Of a stretch of DNA of 64,000 nt, positions 51,167 to 63,803 are shown piece after piece. The stretch lies in the NCBI GenBank assembly GCA_016748015.1, contig JAAOMT010000213.1, positions 26,466 through 90,465 on the forward strand. Reading direction: 5' to 3'. The translations under genes and the position numbers were made by a program. How positions within the stretch are numbered: the first letter of the stretch is position 1; every line of letters starts with the position of its first letter. Below the pieces are notes generated by a model that was not told the DNA's origin, did no database searches, and worked only from the letters and a program-made list of their open reading frames with translations. The DNA is from Geosiphon pyriformis uo1 (lineage: Eukaryota; Fungi; Glomeromycota).

Positions 51167-52401
51167 GCTAAGGGTTCTAATAACCAGGCAAGATTTGCTG
51201 TGAGTCTGTCTATTAACTGTTTATTTGGATCTTGAGTGTGAGTGGCAAAAGAAGTAGCAGCCATTTGAGGGGCAGGAGCCATGACAGAAGCAGGAGCAAA
51301 AACTGATAGTGTGGATCCCAGGTGCATCCTTTGGTTATCTTCAATTCTTTGTGCTAATTCAATGGCCATATCCATAGTGGGATTATCTTTCAGGACCAGG
51401 AAGGGCCAAAGAGCATATGATAGATCAGTTCTCAATCTTTTTGTAAAGGAGTGAATTTTCTGCTCTTCTGTCCAATTTCTCCCAGAGTCTATATGTTTGA
51501 TTAGCTTTCTAATAGCCTTGGCATATTCAGTCACTACTTCTCCAGGGCCTTGGGTTTTTTTTTCCAATTCCATGCGCCATTTGGATATTAATATTGGGGT
51601 TCTGAACTTGGCCTTAAATTGGGTAGTGAAAGAGGTATTTTCTTCAGCATTGATTGGTGTCCATCTGATTATTCTGTGTTGAGCATTGGCATCTGTTTTT
51701 TGTGAGAACCAGGTAGCAGGAGAGCCTTGGAGGTAGCCACCAACGATTTGGAACTTGTATTCTTCATCATACTGGTTGGCTGTGGCAGCTCTCTCAAAAT
51801 CATCCAACCATTTAATTGGATCTTGTGCATTATCTCTAAATAGTGGTAGTGGGATATTGTTTCTTCTTCCTAGAGCAGTTTGTATACCTTGGAGGATGGC
51901 CAGAATGTTTGCTTGTATGGGGTCATTAGCCATTGGTTCAGGGGTAACTGTTTGTGTAGATGAGTCTTATTCACTTGATAAAAGGTCAAAAACAGAGGCA
52001 GTTTGGTAACTTTCTTCTTCTGTTTCAAAGGGAGTCTCAGTTGCTTGATGGGCAGCAATCCAAATGTGAATTTGATGATTCAGATATTCGAAATCAGAAG
52101 ACTGTTGTTCAAAGGTTGCAGAATATAAGAGTTGATTGATACTGTTGTTTCTTTCTTCAAAGTCATTTTCAAAATAAGCTTGGTCAAAGTAATAGGTCAT
52201 ATAAGCTGTGTAGGTTTCAGCTGAATGCTCATTCAGAAACCAGTTCCAAAAGTCTTGGAATTGTCTACTGGATTGTTCTTCAAGGGGAAAACAGATCAAG
52301 CAGAAGGGCAGAGGATTAAGTTCAATGAAATTTAGATCATTTCTGTTGTGTACTGCAAAGTGTTTTTCTGATTGCTGTGACAGATATGAATAATCACCCA
52401 T
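51167..52401 (-). pseudogene. Gag
   Basis: ORFs 51967 and 50851 are one frame split by a single TAA. Confidence 0.92.
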
Positions 52402-52974
52402 ACAATGAGGGAATAAGTGAATTTTGACAACCTCACAGGGAGCACCACTTTTATGTTATGGGTTGGAGTAACAAGCTAATGGATAGCAAGGGAGAACAGT
52501 ATTGTATGGTGATGGAAATAAACAAAGAGGAAATTACAATAAGGGAGCGAATTGAATAAGTAGGAATTCAATGTGTGTGATCAGTCTCATAAAAATCACA
52601 GTCATTAATCTTTTCTTAAATCTGAAGGTAGAGGAATAGTCTGTAATTGTCAACAAGATAACACTGCTGCTATTATTCTATGCCTCAACTCAGCAATTCT
52701 TAGAATCAATAACAGGTATTGTTGTGCTTTTCAATTGTTTCTTTATTCAATGAATTACAAGAGCAAGCCAATTGCCTCTCAGGCTAATTCTAACAAATAC
52801 AAATCAAGAAGGAGAAAAAATAAGGTATGTGAATGCCAACAAGTAGATACTTGAAGGTAAGGAAAGGGGAATAAGCGATTATGAGAGGAAGTAATTGATA
52901 TTGTTTATTTCATTATTTTGATTATGTTATTCTACAGCTAAGGAAATCATTGCTTATATAGCTATCTAAAGTGG

Positions 52975-53100
52975 TCAATGACCAGGTCAACGATTAGGTC
53001 AATGATCAGGTCAACGATCAGGTCAATGATCAGGTCATTGATTAGGTCAATGATCAGGTCAATGATCAGGTCAACGGTCAGGTCATTGATCAAGTCAACA
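52975..53100. repeat. 12-bp tandem array (TCAGGTCAATGA)n in LTR U3
   Basis: About 10 imperfect units; also at 45985-46100, 8488-8595 and 22590-22645. Confidence 0.92.
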
Positions 53101-53190
53101 ATCACTATCTAAAAATAGGGTGGCTAATTATATGACATCAGTGGCTAATACATGTGATAACTAATAAAAATATGGATTTCAACCATAACA

Positions 53191-56100
53191 ATACCAAATT
53201 CAGCCTCTATCCCATGTGTTATGAAAGTGGCTGCTCCTCTTGCTTCTTCAGAACCAGCTTTTACCAGTAAGCCATTTGTTGATATTTCTATCTCTTTCCT
53301 GAGTCTTAACTTCTCTCATACACACTTCCATTGTGATAGTAAAGTGTCAGAGATATGGATATAAATAGTGTCTCTTTGCATTGTTTCTAACTCATCTGGT
53401 CAGTATGTGCATACCCAATGTCTCACATTGTGCTACATCAATGCTTCTGTACTCATCCATAATGATTGTAGATTCTAAAATCTTAAACCATTTGGGAATT
53501 CTACCACTATTGCTTTGTCTGTACTTCCTTGTGAAGTCCATCCATGTCATCAACAACTCATTATTGTTCTGTATCTGATGCAAGTACAGCATGTTTTCCT
53601 TTCTCAGTAAGCTTCTAACTTTAATGTGGTCTTGAAGATTCAGGTATCCCATATGTGTTACCATTGCTCTTGAATGAAATGTCTCTTTTTTCCATCATCT
53701 GTATAATGTTTGCTATAAGATTAACCCCTGGCTTGGATTGTTCATTGGTGGGATATTCAAGTATACTATGAGCTGACCATCTTTGTGTCTGCAAGTTGGC
53801 TAGTCTGATTTTTGTAGCCATTCCAGCAATATCAGCACTGTTTAATCTAACTAACAAATCTGTGATCTTGCTTTTTGCTTGTATATCATCAATTTTGAAC
53901 AAGTTATACAAGGATGAGTGATGCATGGCACTGGCTGGGAAGTCTACTGAGAGTTTTGCTTTTTTCTTCACAGTGGCCAAAATCTTTGAAGTCCATTTTC
54001 TAGCCCAGCTATTAGGAATATGAGTTAACTGAGATCTGAATTCAATAGCTGGACTGAGTACACTGTTAAAAATGTAGATGGCCTGTTTCTCAGTTATGTG
54101 TTTTTTCCTGATGACTGCACACACTGCTTCAATGTCAGATCCTATCATTTTTAGAACAGTCTCATTTTTACCATCTGCTCTGATCCATACTCCCAGATAT
54201 CGAGTACATGTAGATGGATCCAACAATTTCAAGATTTGTTTGTCTGGACCAAATTTTAGTGGCTCTACCATCGAAGATCTCCCTTTGGAGGGTCTGACTA
54301 CCATTGTCTCAGTCTTATCTAAGTTGATCTCAATATCCACCATTCTAAAAAAGGAGCTGGCTGTGTCCAAAATACTTTGCATTCCTTGTCTTGAGTTAGC
54401 TATCCACACTGTGTCATCGACAAAGGCAAGGTGATTCACTGACACCAACAGAGATTGTGTATCTGCTTGATTATCCCACTTTTTCCATGCTGCTGTCAGT
54501 TTGTATCCCTGACTATAATTGGCTTGTTTTACTTCACACAGTAAGGGGTTGTAGAAAATTCTCCACATAATGGGTGAGCTTGTTTCCTCCTGATCCAATC
54601 TATCCTGTACTTGATATTTGTCACTTAGCCCAAATTCAGTTATTATCCTGTTACTTTTATTGTTGTACATCAAGCCAAACAGCTCAGTAAACCTATTGTT
54701 CATCTTAATTCTCTTTAGTGCAGCTTTCATGAGTTTCCATCCCACTGAATCATATGCCTTTTTCATGTCCTGAAATGTAAACCAAGCCTCTTTATCAAAT
54801 TCTCTTGCATGTTCAGCTACAGCATTAATCACATGAATAGGCACTGCTGTGGAGATATTCTTTAATACTGAGGTATTGTAACCTTTTAGGACATTGTGGA
54901 GTTTACATGCTTTTGATATTCTCACAGTTAGAATCTTTGTTAAGATTTTTCTGGTGCTTTCAATAAGTGTGATTGGCCTGGTAATGTCAATATTGCCACC
55001 CCATTCTTTTGGCTTTGGAATCAGTATGACTTGTGCTACTCTCCACTCCTCAGGCATGTTTGCTGCTTTAATGCAAGCGTTGAGCAACATTTTCAGTTTA
55101 GACTTGGTATTAGACCCAGCCTTCCTTCAGAGTTTAGCTTGAATGTCTGATGGGCCAGGAGCTTTGTTATGGGGTGTGTGGCTCAATATGTGTTCAAATT
55201 CCTCATTTGTTAATTCATCCATTACACCATCAAAGGCATGGTCTGGAATGCTTTCGATCAGTTCAAATCTGTGTTCCCAACTTTTCCATAGGTCAGGCTT
55301 AATGCTTCTTGTCCTGGTCCATCCTTGGGCTTTTTTGTTTACTAGCTTTTTAATTTCATCAGGATCATCATGAAATTCACCTTTTTCAATTACATGGTCT
55401 AGTACAATTCTTTGTCTTTTTCTGTTCATGATGCTTTTGATCATAGCTCCTTTGTTTAGATCAAAGTTTTGTTGTCTCCTAATGATATTATCCACTATCT
55501 GTCTCTGCTGTTGTAACCTAATCCTAGCTCGCAGCGTTGATCTGTATTCTTTCTTAATATTGAGCAGTTCCACAATTAGCTTATCCTTTGGGAGAGTCAT
55601 CAGATATGCATTAACTGCCTCAGGTTTCAGCTGTTTCCATTTGGCCAACAACTGCATAACATTGTTATCATGCATATCTGCATTGTTTACTCTTAATTGT
55701 TTGATTATATCAACAACAATCTTAACAAGCTTGTAATCTATGCATTCTTTCTTTGTGTGTGCAGATCGGGCTCCCACTTTCCTTTTTGGTAAGCATTCAG
55801 CAGCTTGTAACACAGTCTCCTTGATTATAAGCCACATCTGGTTTAGATCATTATTGCTGTTATCTATTGATTTTTTTTGTGCTTCATCTGTTAGTCGATC
55901 AGTTTCTTTAGCATAGGTTTCCCATTAGACTCCAGATGCCTTTTTAACATCAATCATAGTTGTGCTACACTTCTTTTTTCCAGATCTAGATTTTTTAGTG
56001 CCTGCCAAGATTCTATCAGATCGGATGATTGTTACCACTGCTTTGTGATCTGTGCTAAAAGATTCATTAACATCAATCACCCCAATGTTTGTGACCAATG

Positions 56101-56797
56101 AGGCTGTGACTGCATCAGTAAACACATAGTCCAATCTTCTTTGTATACCATTTGATGCCCATGTTTTTTCTGGATTGTTTGTTGCATATGCCTCATGTGT
56201 ATCCACCAAATTCATATGTTGTAATGTTGTGGCAGTTGGACAAGCTTTGGCCTTATTTGTAGCATATGTTTTCTTAAGTGACTTGGATAACAGATTGTCA
56301 TTCAAATCACCTGCTACTATGATAATCTCTTTGTTCTGTACAATGTCTCCCAAAAGTTTCCTAATTTCTTTAGCTACTGCTCTCTCAGTAGGCGATTTGG
56401 AAGCAGGCATGTACAGTCCTACTATGTGCACATTGATTCTTCCTCTAAATTTCAACCCCAAATGCAACAATCTCCCATGAAACCCCCTGATTGTTTCTAC
56501 ATGGTGTATCCAACATTTTTTAACCAGTATACCAACACCAGTTCCCATTTGTTTCTCTGTACTTGATTCCCAAAAGGCATGATATTCATCAGAACCAAAA
56601 AATACACCTTTTTCTTTTGTTGGAGTCATTTTGGTTTCCATAACAATTACAAAATCAAATTGTTCATCTATAACCCACCATAACACCTTTTCAGCTTTAT
56701 AAGGATTATTAAGTCCCCTAACATTAACAGTACCTATTTTCCAAGTGTTGTTATTGGAGTAGTTCTGTTCTATGTTGAAATTAGGTGTGCTATACAT
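53191..56797 (-). pseudogene. LINE ORF2 (EN, RT, start of RNase H)
   Basis: NVRGL, GDLN, RLDY, STDH; RPITL, DMKKAYD, AFVDD, RYLG. Confidence 0.94.
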
Positions 56798-59056
56798 TAT
56801 CTGTTTCCATAGATTTAGATTCTCCAGCAGTAGAACTGCTCCAGCTACTCTGTTTTTTCACTTGCTTCAGTAACTCTAAAATGGGTTCCAAAGTTTTTTT
56901 AATTTCTTTGATTTCCAATTCTGGGTTGTATGCCTCCTTTTTTTCTGCTGGGATAGATTTCAACATAGTACTTTGGTTTGGTAATCCCATTTCTACCACT
57001 TCTTTTTCTTCTGAGGTGTCACTTGGCTGTTGAGTAACTATTACTTTTTCACCTTTTTTTATTGTCACTTCAAGTTTGGCAGCAACTGCATTTAGCAGTT
57101 TCACCATTTCATTGACCTGCTGTCTTAGTTTATCAATTTCACTCTTCCATGGTTGGTTATCTCCTTTTTTTGATTGTTCTTCCCTATTGTTCACTTGTAG
57201 ACCAGGTTTCTGAGTATTATTTGGATTGTTGTTGTTCCGGTTATGGAGCAGTCTGAGTGCAGCCATATCAGCATATGATCTTCCACTAAAGGCTTTGATG
57301 TTTTCCTCTGGAACATTCCTCTTAACATACAGTTTTGCCAACCTGATATTGTTGGTAACTTTCTTGGTATCTCTTTCTTTCTTCTTATGCAGGGTTGAAC
57401 ATTTTGAGACCAAATGTCCTACCTGATAACAGAAGTAGCATTTTTTAGCATCAGTAGGCACCCAGTGGACCAGTGTGTCACCGATTACCAAGGGTTTTTT
57501 AGTGGCATTGTTGTGGCTAGCTTTACTGTCAAATCTCACATAAGTACAGCCCATCCTTGTGTAATTTTTACTAGTTCTTGGGATGAAGCAGGATTGGGCA
57601 CTGATTTGATCCAAAGTGGTGCTCAAATAGTGAGCAGTACAGTTCTGTGGTAGGCCCACCAATTTAGCTTCCCAAGTTTTTCTCTGCTCAATGATCTTTT
57701 GGGTTCCAATCATCAGGTAGATTCTGACCGCATCCTTTCTGACCATGGTCAACCATTGATCTACAGCTCTTGTTGCTTCCTCTTGGTTGCTATACTCAAC
57801 CACTGCTGATTGCCATTTGCCAGCCACACTGATTTAGATTTTTTTGACCTCACCAAATTCTTTTATAGCAGTCCCCACCTCTCTGTCAGAGATGTCCAAG
57901 GGGATATCTCTTACTATGACTTTTTTCTGAGAAGCCATTTGGATGTTAACACCATCAGTAGCCATCAAAAATGATTCAATATTATTATTTGCCAGAATTT
58001 CTCTGGCTTGGTCTCTTCCAGCCACTTGGGAAAAATCCACTTTGATTTCTTGGTTTCTAGCCATTACAGCTTCCAAGAGGTAACTAACATCTCCCAAGAG
58101 ATCATAGATCCACCCCACATGATTTTCTCAAGTATATTCAACACTTGTACAAAAAGTACATGCCTCTTGGTTCCATAGACCACCATTTGCCATCCTTCCT
58201 CCTGGTTTGCTTTCACAGACATGGGTTTTTTGCCAAGTGATTTACTACTGTATTGTCCTGGACTTGGACTAGCCATTCTGCTTGATAGGCTTGATTCAGA
58301 TTCTTCTATGTCTTCTGCGACATCCTCAGCATTAGGCTTATCTCTGTTTGCATCAAATGAATTGTCCATTTGTTTTTCATTCTCTAATGCAGACTTTCCT
58401 CTGTTGATCCTGTCCAAAATATCAGGATTGCACTTTTTCAGAGCTGCTTCTATTTGTGCAGCTCTGTTTTTGTCTTCTTTAGGCCCTTTGGATGTTCCAT
58501 CCATTTTTCTTAGGGACTTTGAGACTCCCTTTTTACCAGTCCAAGCTTCCATTTGAAATTTGTTGCTATTTCTTCCTTTGTTAAACATTGGCTGCAAGAC
58601 AAAGGTATCAGTTCGAACAGATGTGGTTTCAGATAAGTTTTCTTCAGATATTTGGGTAAATTTCTCAGTTAGCCCTTTTACACTTAATCCTCTGATGTGT
58701 CTGTATTTCTTGTTGGCCTTTTCCTCCAATCTGTTAGCTGTTATTGGAGAAAAATCTGCTGCTTTCCTGTGTGGAGCTGTTCTTTTCGATGTTTTGGCTA
58801 TTCTAAAGAGTGTATCGTCTCCACTACTTGTGTCCACACTTCCAAATAGTCTATTGGTGGCTTCAAATCTAAATGGAAGTGTAATAGGTCTGGCAGTTTC
58901 CACAGTCAATAAATTTTGTGGATTAGCATTGATGTCTTCTCCTTCAGCAGTGGAAGTTATTTTCCCTTCCACTTGGTATTCACTAACAATAGTCTCTACA
59001 CTTGTACTTCTTTGCATAACTGTTGTCACTTCACTGTTGACATTGTTATCAGACAC
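56790..59056 (-). pseudogene. LINE ORF1
   Basis: ORFs 58064, 57834 and 56790; CYFCYQVGHLVSKC. Confidence 0.9.
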
Positions 59057-59300
59057 TTTTAAGTTTGTTGTGATAGTAATAATAATTTATTATAATTAAA
59101 GGTTTCTTTGCAAAAACTTATTTTTCTAAATTTGAGATGTAGTAAATTGTGTGGTAGCAGTTAAAGAGAGAAAAAAAGTTTTTCCCCATAATGCTAACAA
59201 GCTTATGACTATTCTTAATTATACCACTCATCCACTTAGCAGTCTAATCAGAACTGGAAAGACTGATCTTCCCATAGGTGCATTATAACATCAAAGGTAT

Positions 59301-61571
59301 AAGAAAAACTTTTTCTCTCCTAAATTTCATGACCACAAATAGAGTTAAGAGTAAAAAAGTTACAAATGTTACTTTTCCTATAGTAACTAATAAAGTTTCA
59401 ACACGAGAGGGTTTTTTTGTTATTGAAGCAGCTAGACAAAACATTCTGGCAACATTTCCTTTAAAAAATAATAGTAATAAGCTGCCTTTAGTGGTTTCTG
59501 GTTTATTTTCTTCTCCTTTGGCTGGAAGTTCTTCTCCAGTCAAAGTCCCTTCAAAAACACACACTCGAGTTAGTCCTAGTGTTGTCTCTACCATTTCAAA
59601 GAGCCCAAAGATTTTTAATAACAGACCAGTCAACAAGTTGGTCTTTCCTGCTCTCACTACTCCCACTACTACTTCTACTACTACTGCTTCACAAATGGCC
59701 GCAAAAGTAAAAAATCCCAAAAAACAACAGCAGGCAGTCACAACTACTATGGTCACATCAAATCTCTTTGTGGTTTCAGATAAAATCTTCAATAAGATCT
59801 CCACAGCAGCAGCCAGCCCTATTTCTGATATGGATGGCAACAGCAGCGGCACATCTCCCAAGATGGGCCAAGATCAACTATTGGCTGTGTTGCCTGATGT
59901 GGTACTCTCCGGCAGATCATCGCCAATCCCAGTAGCAAAACAGTCCATCAATCCAGATGATCTCAAAGATTGGGCTGATCAGATGGAAATGGAATCAACT
60001 GTTCCCCCCCCAGTTTCTGGTGCATCTGATACTGGTGCTTGGGTGAATGTAAATGGATGTCAAAGGTTTTCTGGTTGGGTGGCCTCCAATCTTGTACCTG
60101 GTGCTACATTTAAGATTAAGATGGCTTTGCTCAGTTCTTTGTTTCAGTTGCTGCCTGGTTGTATTGGGCTTAAATCAGTTTCACGAGATGCTATTAAGTT
60201 GTTCTGTGTGGAATTTGCATTTCAGGAGTGTCTAAATGGTGCTACCAAGGTGGTCATTGGTGATGAAGTTTTTTTAACCACTCTTAAGATTGCATGGTTT
60301 TCAGAAGTGGCCTCTGTTTTTTCCCCTTCTTTGTTAGTTGCACTGCATGATGTACCCTTGGGTGCCTTTTCTGATGACATCAAATCTGCTCTTGGCATTT
60401 TTGGTGTTGTCACTTCTGTTAAGTTAAAGCCTGCTGGCTTATGGCAATATGTTGTGGTTAATTTTAAAGACACTTCTTCTGCTGCTGCTGCTCTCTCTAA
60501 CTGGTCTGTGTTAGTCAGAAAAGATAGTGTTAGGATTTTTCTCATTGCCAACCAAAAAGAGGTTATCTCCTCAAGAGATGCTTTCAAAGCTAAGCTGGTT
60601 AATCTTCCATTTGGCTGCACTGCATTTGAGATAAGTGATCTCGTCTCCCAAGTTGGTGGCCGTACGTGTTTCATTCCCCACTTCTCTGATTCCTATTGAT
60701 GTCAATGCTTTGCAGTGGTGACCTTTGGTTCCTTGGAATCTTTGAATGCTGCTGTTTCAAAAACTGGTACCTTACGTGGCTGTCGCATCTGGTGGGAAAC
60801 TCCTGGATGTCATCGCTGCTATAGATGTCAAAGTTTGAATCATTTGGCTGTGGACTGCAAGGTGTTGCCACCTCTCCCTCCCAAACTCTCTTCTAATTCT
60901 ACTGGTGGTCCCATTATTTTCAAGTTGTCGTCTCTTGTTGGAGCTAAATCTTATGCCAAAGCTGCCACCTCTGTGGTTTCTCCTGTTGCTGCTGCTGCTG
61001 ATACGGGTCTGGCTTTCAATACCTCTCCCAAAGTTGTGGTGCCACTGTTGCCGGTTGCCTCCTCTGGTTCAAATGTTGCTCTTAATGCTAGGTTGGCTTC
61101 TCTGGAAACCCAACTTAGTGAATTGTTTTTGTTGATCAAATCTATAGTTAAGTCTGTGGGTTCTTTGGTTGCATTGGTTACTACGTTATTGTCTACTCCA
61201 CCAGTTGTGGCAGAGGCAATAAAGGAAAGTGTGATTGGATTGGGAAACCAAATTAAGACTGTTCATGCTGTGGCTTCTGTACTGCAAAAGGAAGTGGGGG
61301 CCCTCAAGTTGAGGAGTGGGAAGGTACACCATAACATATCTGATGATGAAAACATGGATGATGATGATGATGACAATAATGATGGTAATGTTAAAGATTT
61401 TTCAGTCTATGATGATATATTTGATGCAATGATGGAGTTATGGGAGGTTCAATCCTCTAATATCAAGTCTGATCCAGATCAGACTGCTAAGTAGATGAGC
61501 AGTCTTGTTAAGAGTAGTTATGAACTTGTATGCATTATGGGTAAGATGTATGAATTAGATATGTTTGATAC
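59301..61571 (+). mobile_element. ORF1-only element (subfamily 1), best-preserved copy, cut by an LTR near its stop codon
   Basis: ATG 59329; ORFs 59278 and 60715 are one frame with a single TGA; about 757 aa when rejoined to 45290-45465. Confidence 0.93.
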
Positions 61572-62207
61572 TGTTACAGTTGAAACCCATAGTTTTTATT
61601 AGTTATCACATGTATTAGCCACTGATATCATATAATTAGCCACCTTATTTTTAGATAGTGATTGTTAACCTGGTCGTTGACCACTTTAGATAGCTATATA
61701 AGTGATAATTCCCTTAGCTGTAGAATAACATGATCAAAGTAATGAAATAAACAATATAAATTACTTCTTTTCATAATCGCTTATTCCCCTTTCCTTACCT
61801 TCAAGTATCTACTTGTTGGTATTTACATACCTTATTTTTTCCCCTTCTTGATTTGTGTTTGTTAGAATTAGCCTGAGAAGCAATTGGCTTGCTTTTGTAA
61901 TTCATTGAATAAAAAAATGATTGAAAAGCACAATGATACCTGTTATTAATTCTAAGAATTGCCGAGTTGAGGTATAAAATAATAGCAGTAGTGTTATCTT
62001 GTTGACAATCACGGACTATTTCTCTACCTTCAGATTTAAGAAAAGATTAGTGACTGTGATTTTTATGAGACTGATCACGCACATTGAATTTCTACTTATT
62101 CAATTTGCTCCCTTATTGTAATTCCCTCTTTGTTTATTTCCATCACCATACAATACTGTTCTCTCTTGCTATCCGTTAGCTTGTTACTCCAACCCGTAAC
62201 ATAAAAG

Positions 62208-62226
62208 TGGTGCTCCCTGTAAGGTT
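62208..62226 (+). promoter_or_regulatory. Primer binding site, tRNA-Ile(UAU)-like
   Basis: TGGTGCTCCCTGT(G/A)AGGTT located 6 nt after the LTR in four copies; tRNA identity from recalled eukaryotic Ile-UAU 3' ends. Confidence 0.7.
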
Positions 62227-62253
62227 GTCAAAATTCATTTATTTTCTCATTGT

Positions 62254-63803
62254 ATGGGTAATTACTCATATCTGCTACAGCAATCAGAAGAACACTTTGC
62301 AGCACACAACAGAAACAATTTAAATTTCATTGAACTTAATCCTCTGCCCTCCTGCTTGATCTGTTTCCCCCTTGAAGAACAATCCAGTAGACAATTCCAA
62401 GACTTTTGGAACTGGTTTTTGAACGAGCATTCAACTGAAACCTACACAGCTTATATGACCTATTACTTTGACCAAGCTTATTTTGAAAACGACTTTGAAG
62501 AAAGAAACAACAGTATCAATCAACTCTTATATTTTGCAATCTTTGAACAACAGCCTCCTGATTTCGAATATCTGAATCATCAAATTCACATTTGGATTGC
62601 TGCCCATCAAGCAACTCAAACTCCCTTTGAAACAGAAGAAGAAAGTTACCAAACTGCCCCTGTTTTTGACCTTTTATCAAGTGAATCAGACTCGTCTACA
62701 CAAACAGTTACCCCTGAACCAATGGCTAATGACCCCATGCAAGCAAACATTCTGGCCGCCCTCCAAGGTATACAAACTGCTCTAGGAAGAAGAAACAATA
62801 TCCCACTATCACTATTTAGATGTGATGCACAAGATCTAATTGAATGGTTGGATGATTTTGAGAAAGCTGCCACAGCCAACCAGTATGATAAAGAATACAA
62901 GTTCCAAATCATTGGTGGCTACCTCCAAGGCTCTCCTGCTACCTGGTTCTCACAAAAAACAGATGCCAATGCTCAACACAGAATAATCAGATGGACACCA
63001 ATCAATGCTGGAGAAGAAAATATCTCTTTCACTACCCAATTTGAGACCAAGTTCAGAACCCCAATATTAATATCCAAATGGCGCATGGAATTGGAAAAAA
63101 AAACCCAAGGCTCTGGAGAAGTAGTAACTGAATATGCCAAGGCTATTAGAAAGCTAATCAAACGTGTAGACTCTGAGAGAAATTGGACAGAAGAGCAGAA
63201 AATTCACTCCTTTACAAAAAGATTGAGAACTGATCTATCATATGCTCTTTGGCCCTTCCTGGTCCTGAAAGATAATCCCACTATGGATATGGCCATTGAA
63301 TTAGCACAAAAAACTGAAGATAACCAAAGGATGCACCTGGGATCCACACTATCAGTTTTTGCTCCTGCTTCTGTCATGGCTCCTGCCCCTCAAATGGCTG
63401 CTACTTTTTTTGCCACTCACACTCAAGATCCAAATAAACAGTTAATAGACAGACTCACAGCAAATCTTGCCTGGTTATTAGAACCCTTAGCCCAAGCAGT
63501 CAGAGAAAATCAACAACCACAAAGACTCAGATTTGAACCATGCTTCAATTAGCCCCAGCAACCACCTTATCAAAGACAACAAAATCGTGGCCCACCTGTA
63601 TGCTATCGCTGTGGATTAACTGGACACTTTTCATAGATTGCAACAATCCTCCACTGCCTCCACCAGTTCCCAGAAACAATGATGCTCAGAACAACAGAAC
63701 CAACAACAATGTGCCCAACCAAAGACCCAATCATGCCAACATCAATTTCTTTGGAGAGGATCCCCTAGTTGAAGCCACTGTTTATCAGCCTTTAAACTGG
63801 TAG
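62254..63803 (+). pseudogene. Gag
   Basis: 432 aa ORF, then a stop and a small frameshift around the CCHC knuckle; ends VYQPLNW*. Confidence 0.92.

Larger units (their letters stand above)
45466..53190 (-). mobile_element. Full-length Ty3/Gypsy LTR retrotransposon (LTR subtype b) with an N gap in gag
   Basis: LTRs 52454-53190 and 45466-46191, PBS 52429-52447, PPT 46192-46202. Confidence 0.96.
53191..59184 (-). mobile_element. LINE with intact 5' end, interrupted in RNase H by an LTR
   Basis: ORF1 59056-56790; ORF2 from 56797 with endonuclease (290 aa ORF) and RT (489 aa ORF, AFVDD). Confidence 0.95.

Noticed and set aside
52975-53100. Regular 12-bp repeats as a CRISPR-like array or nuclear-receptor AGGTCA elements
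   Set aside because: No spacers or cas genes; they are tandem units inside LTRs, and nothing supports a metazoan host.
59283-59861. Recurrent long antisense ORFs (MGDVLLLLPS..., MKHVRPP..., MLLFLPLL...)
   Set aside because: Shadow frames expected from biased codon usage of the sense ORFs; they recur only because the element is repeated and show no motifs.
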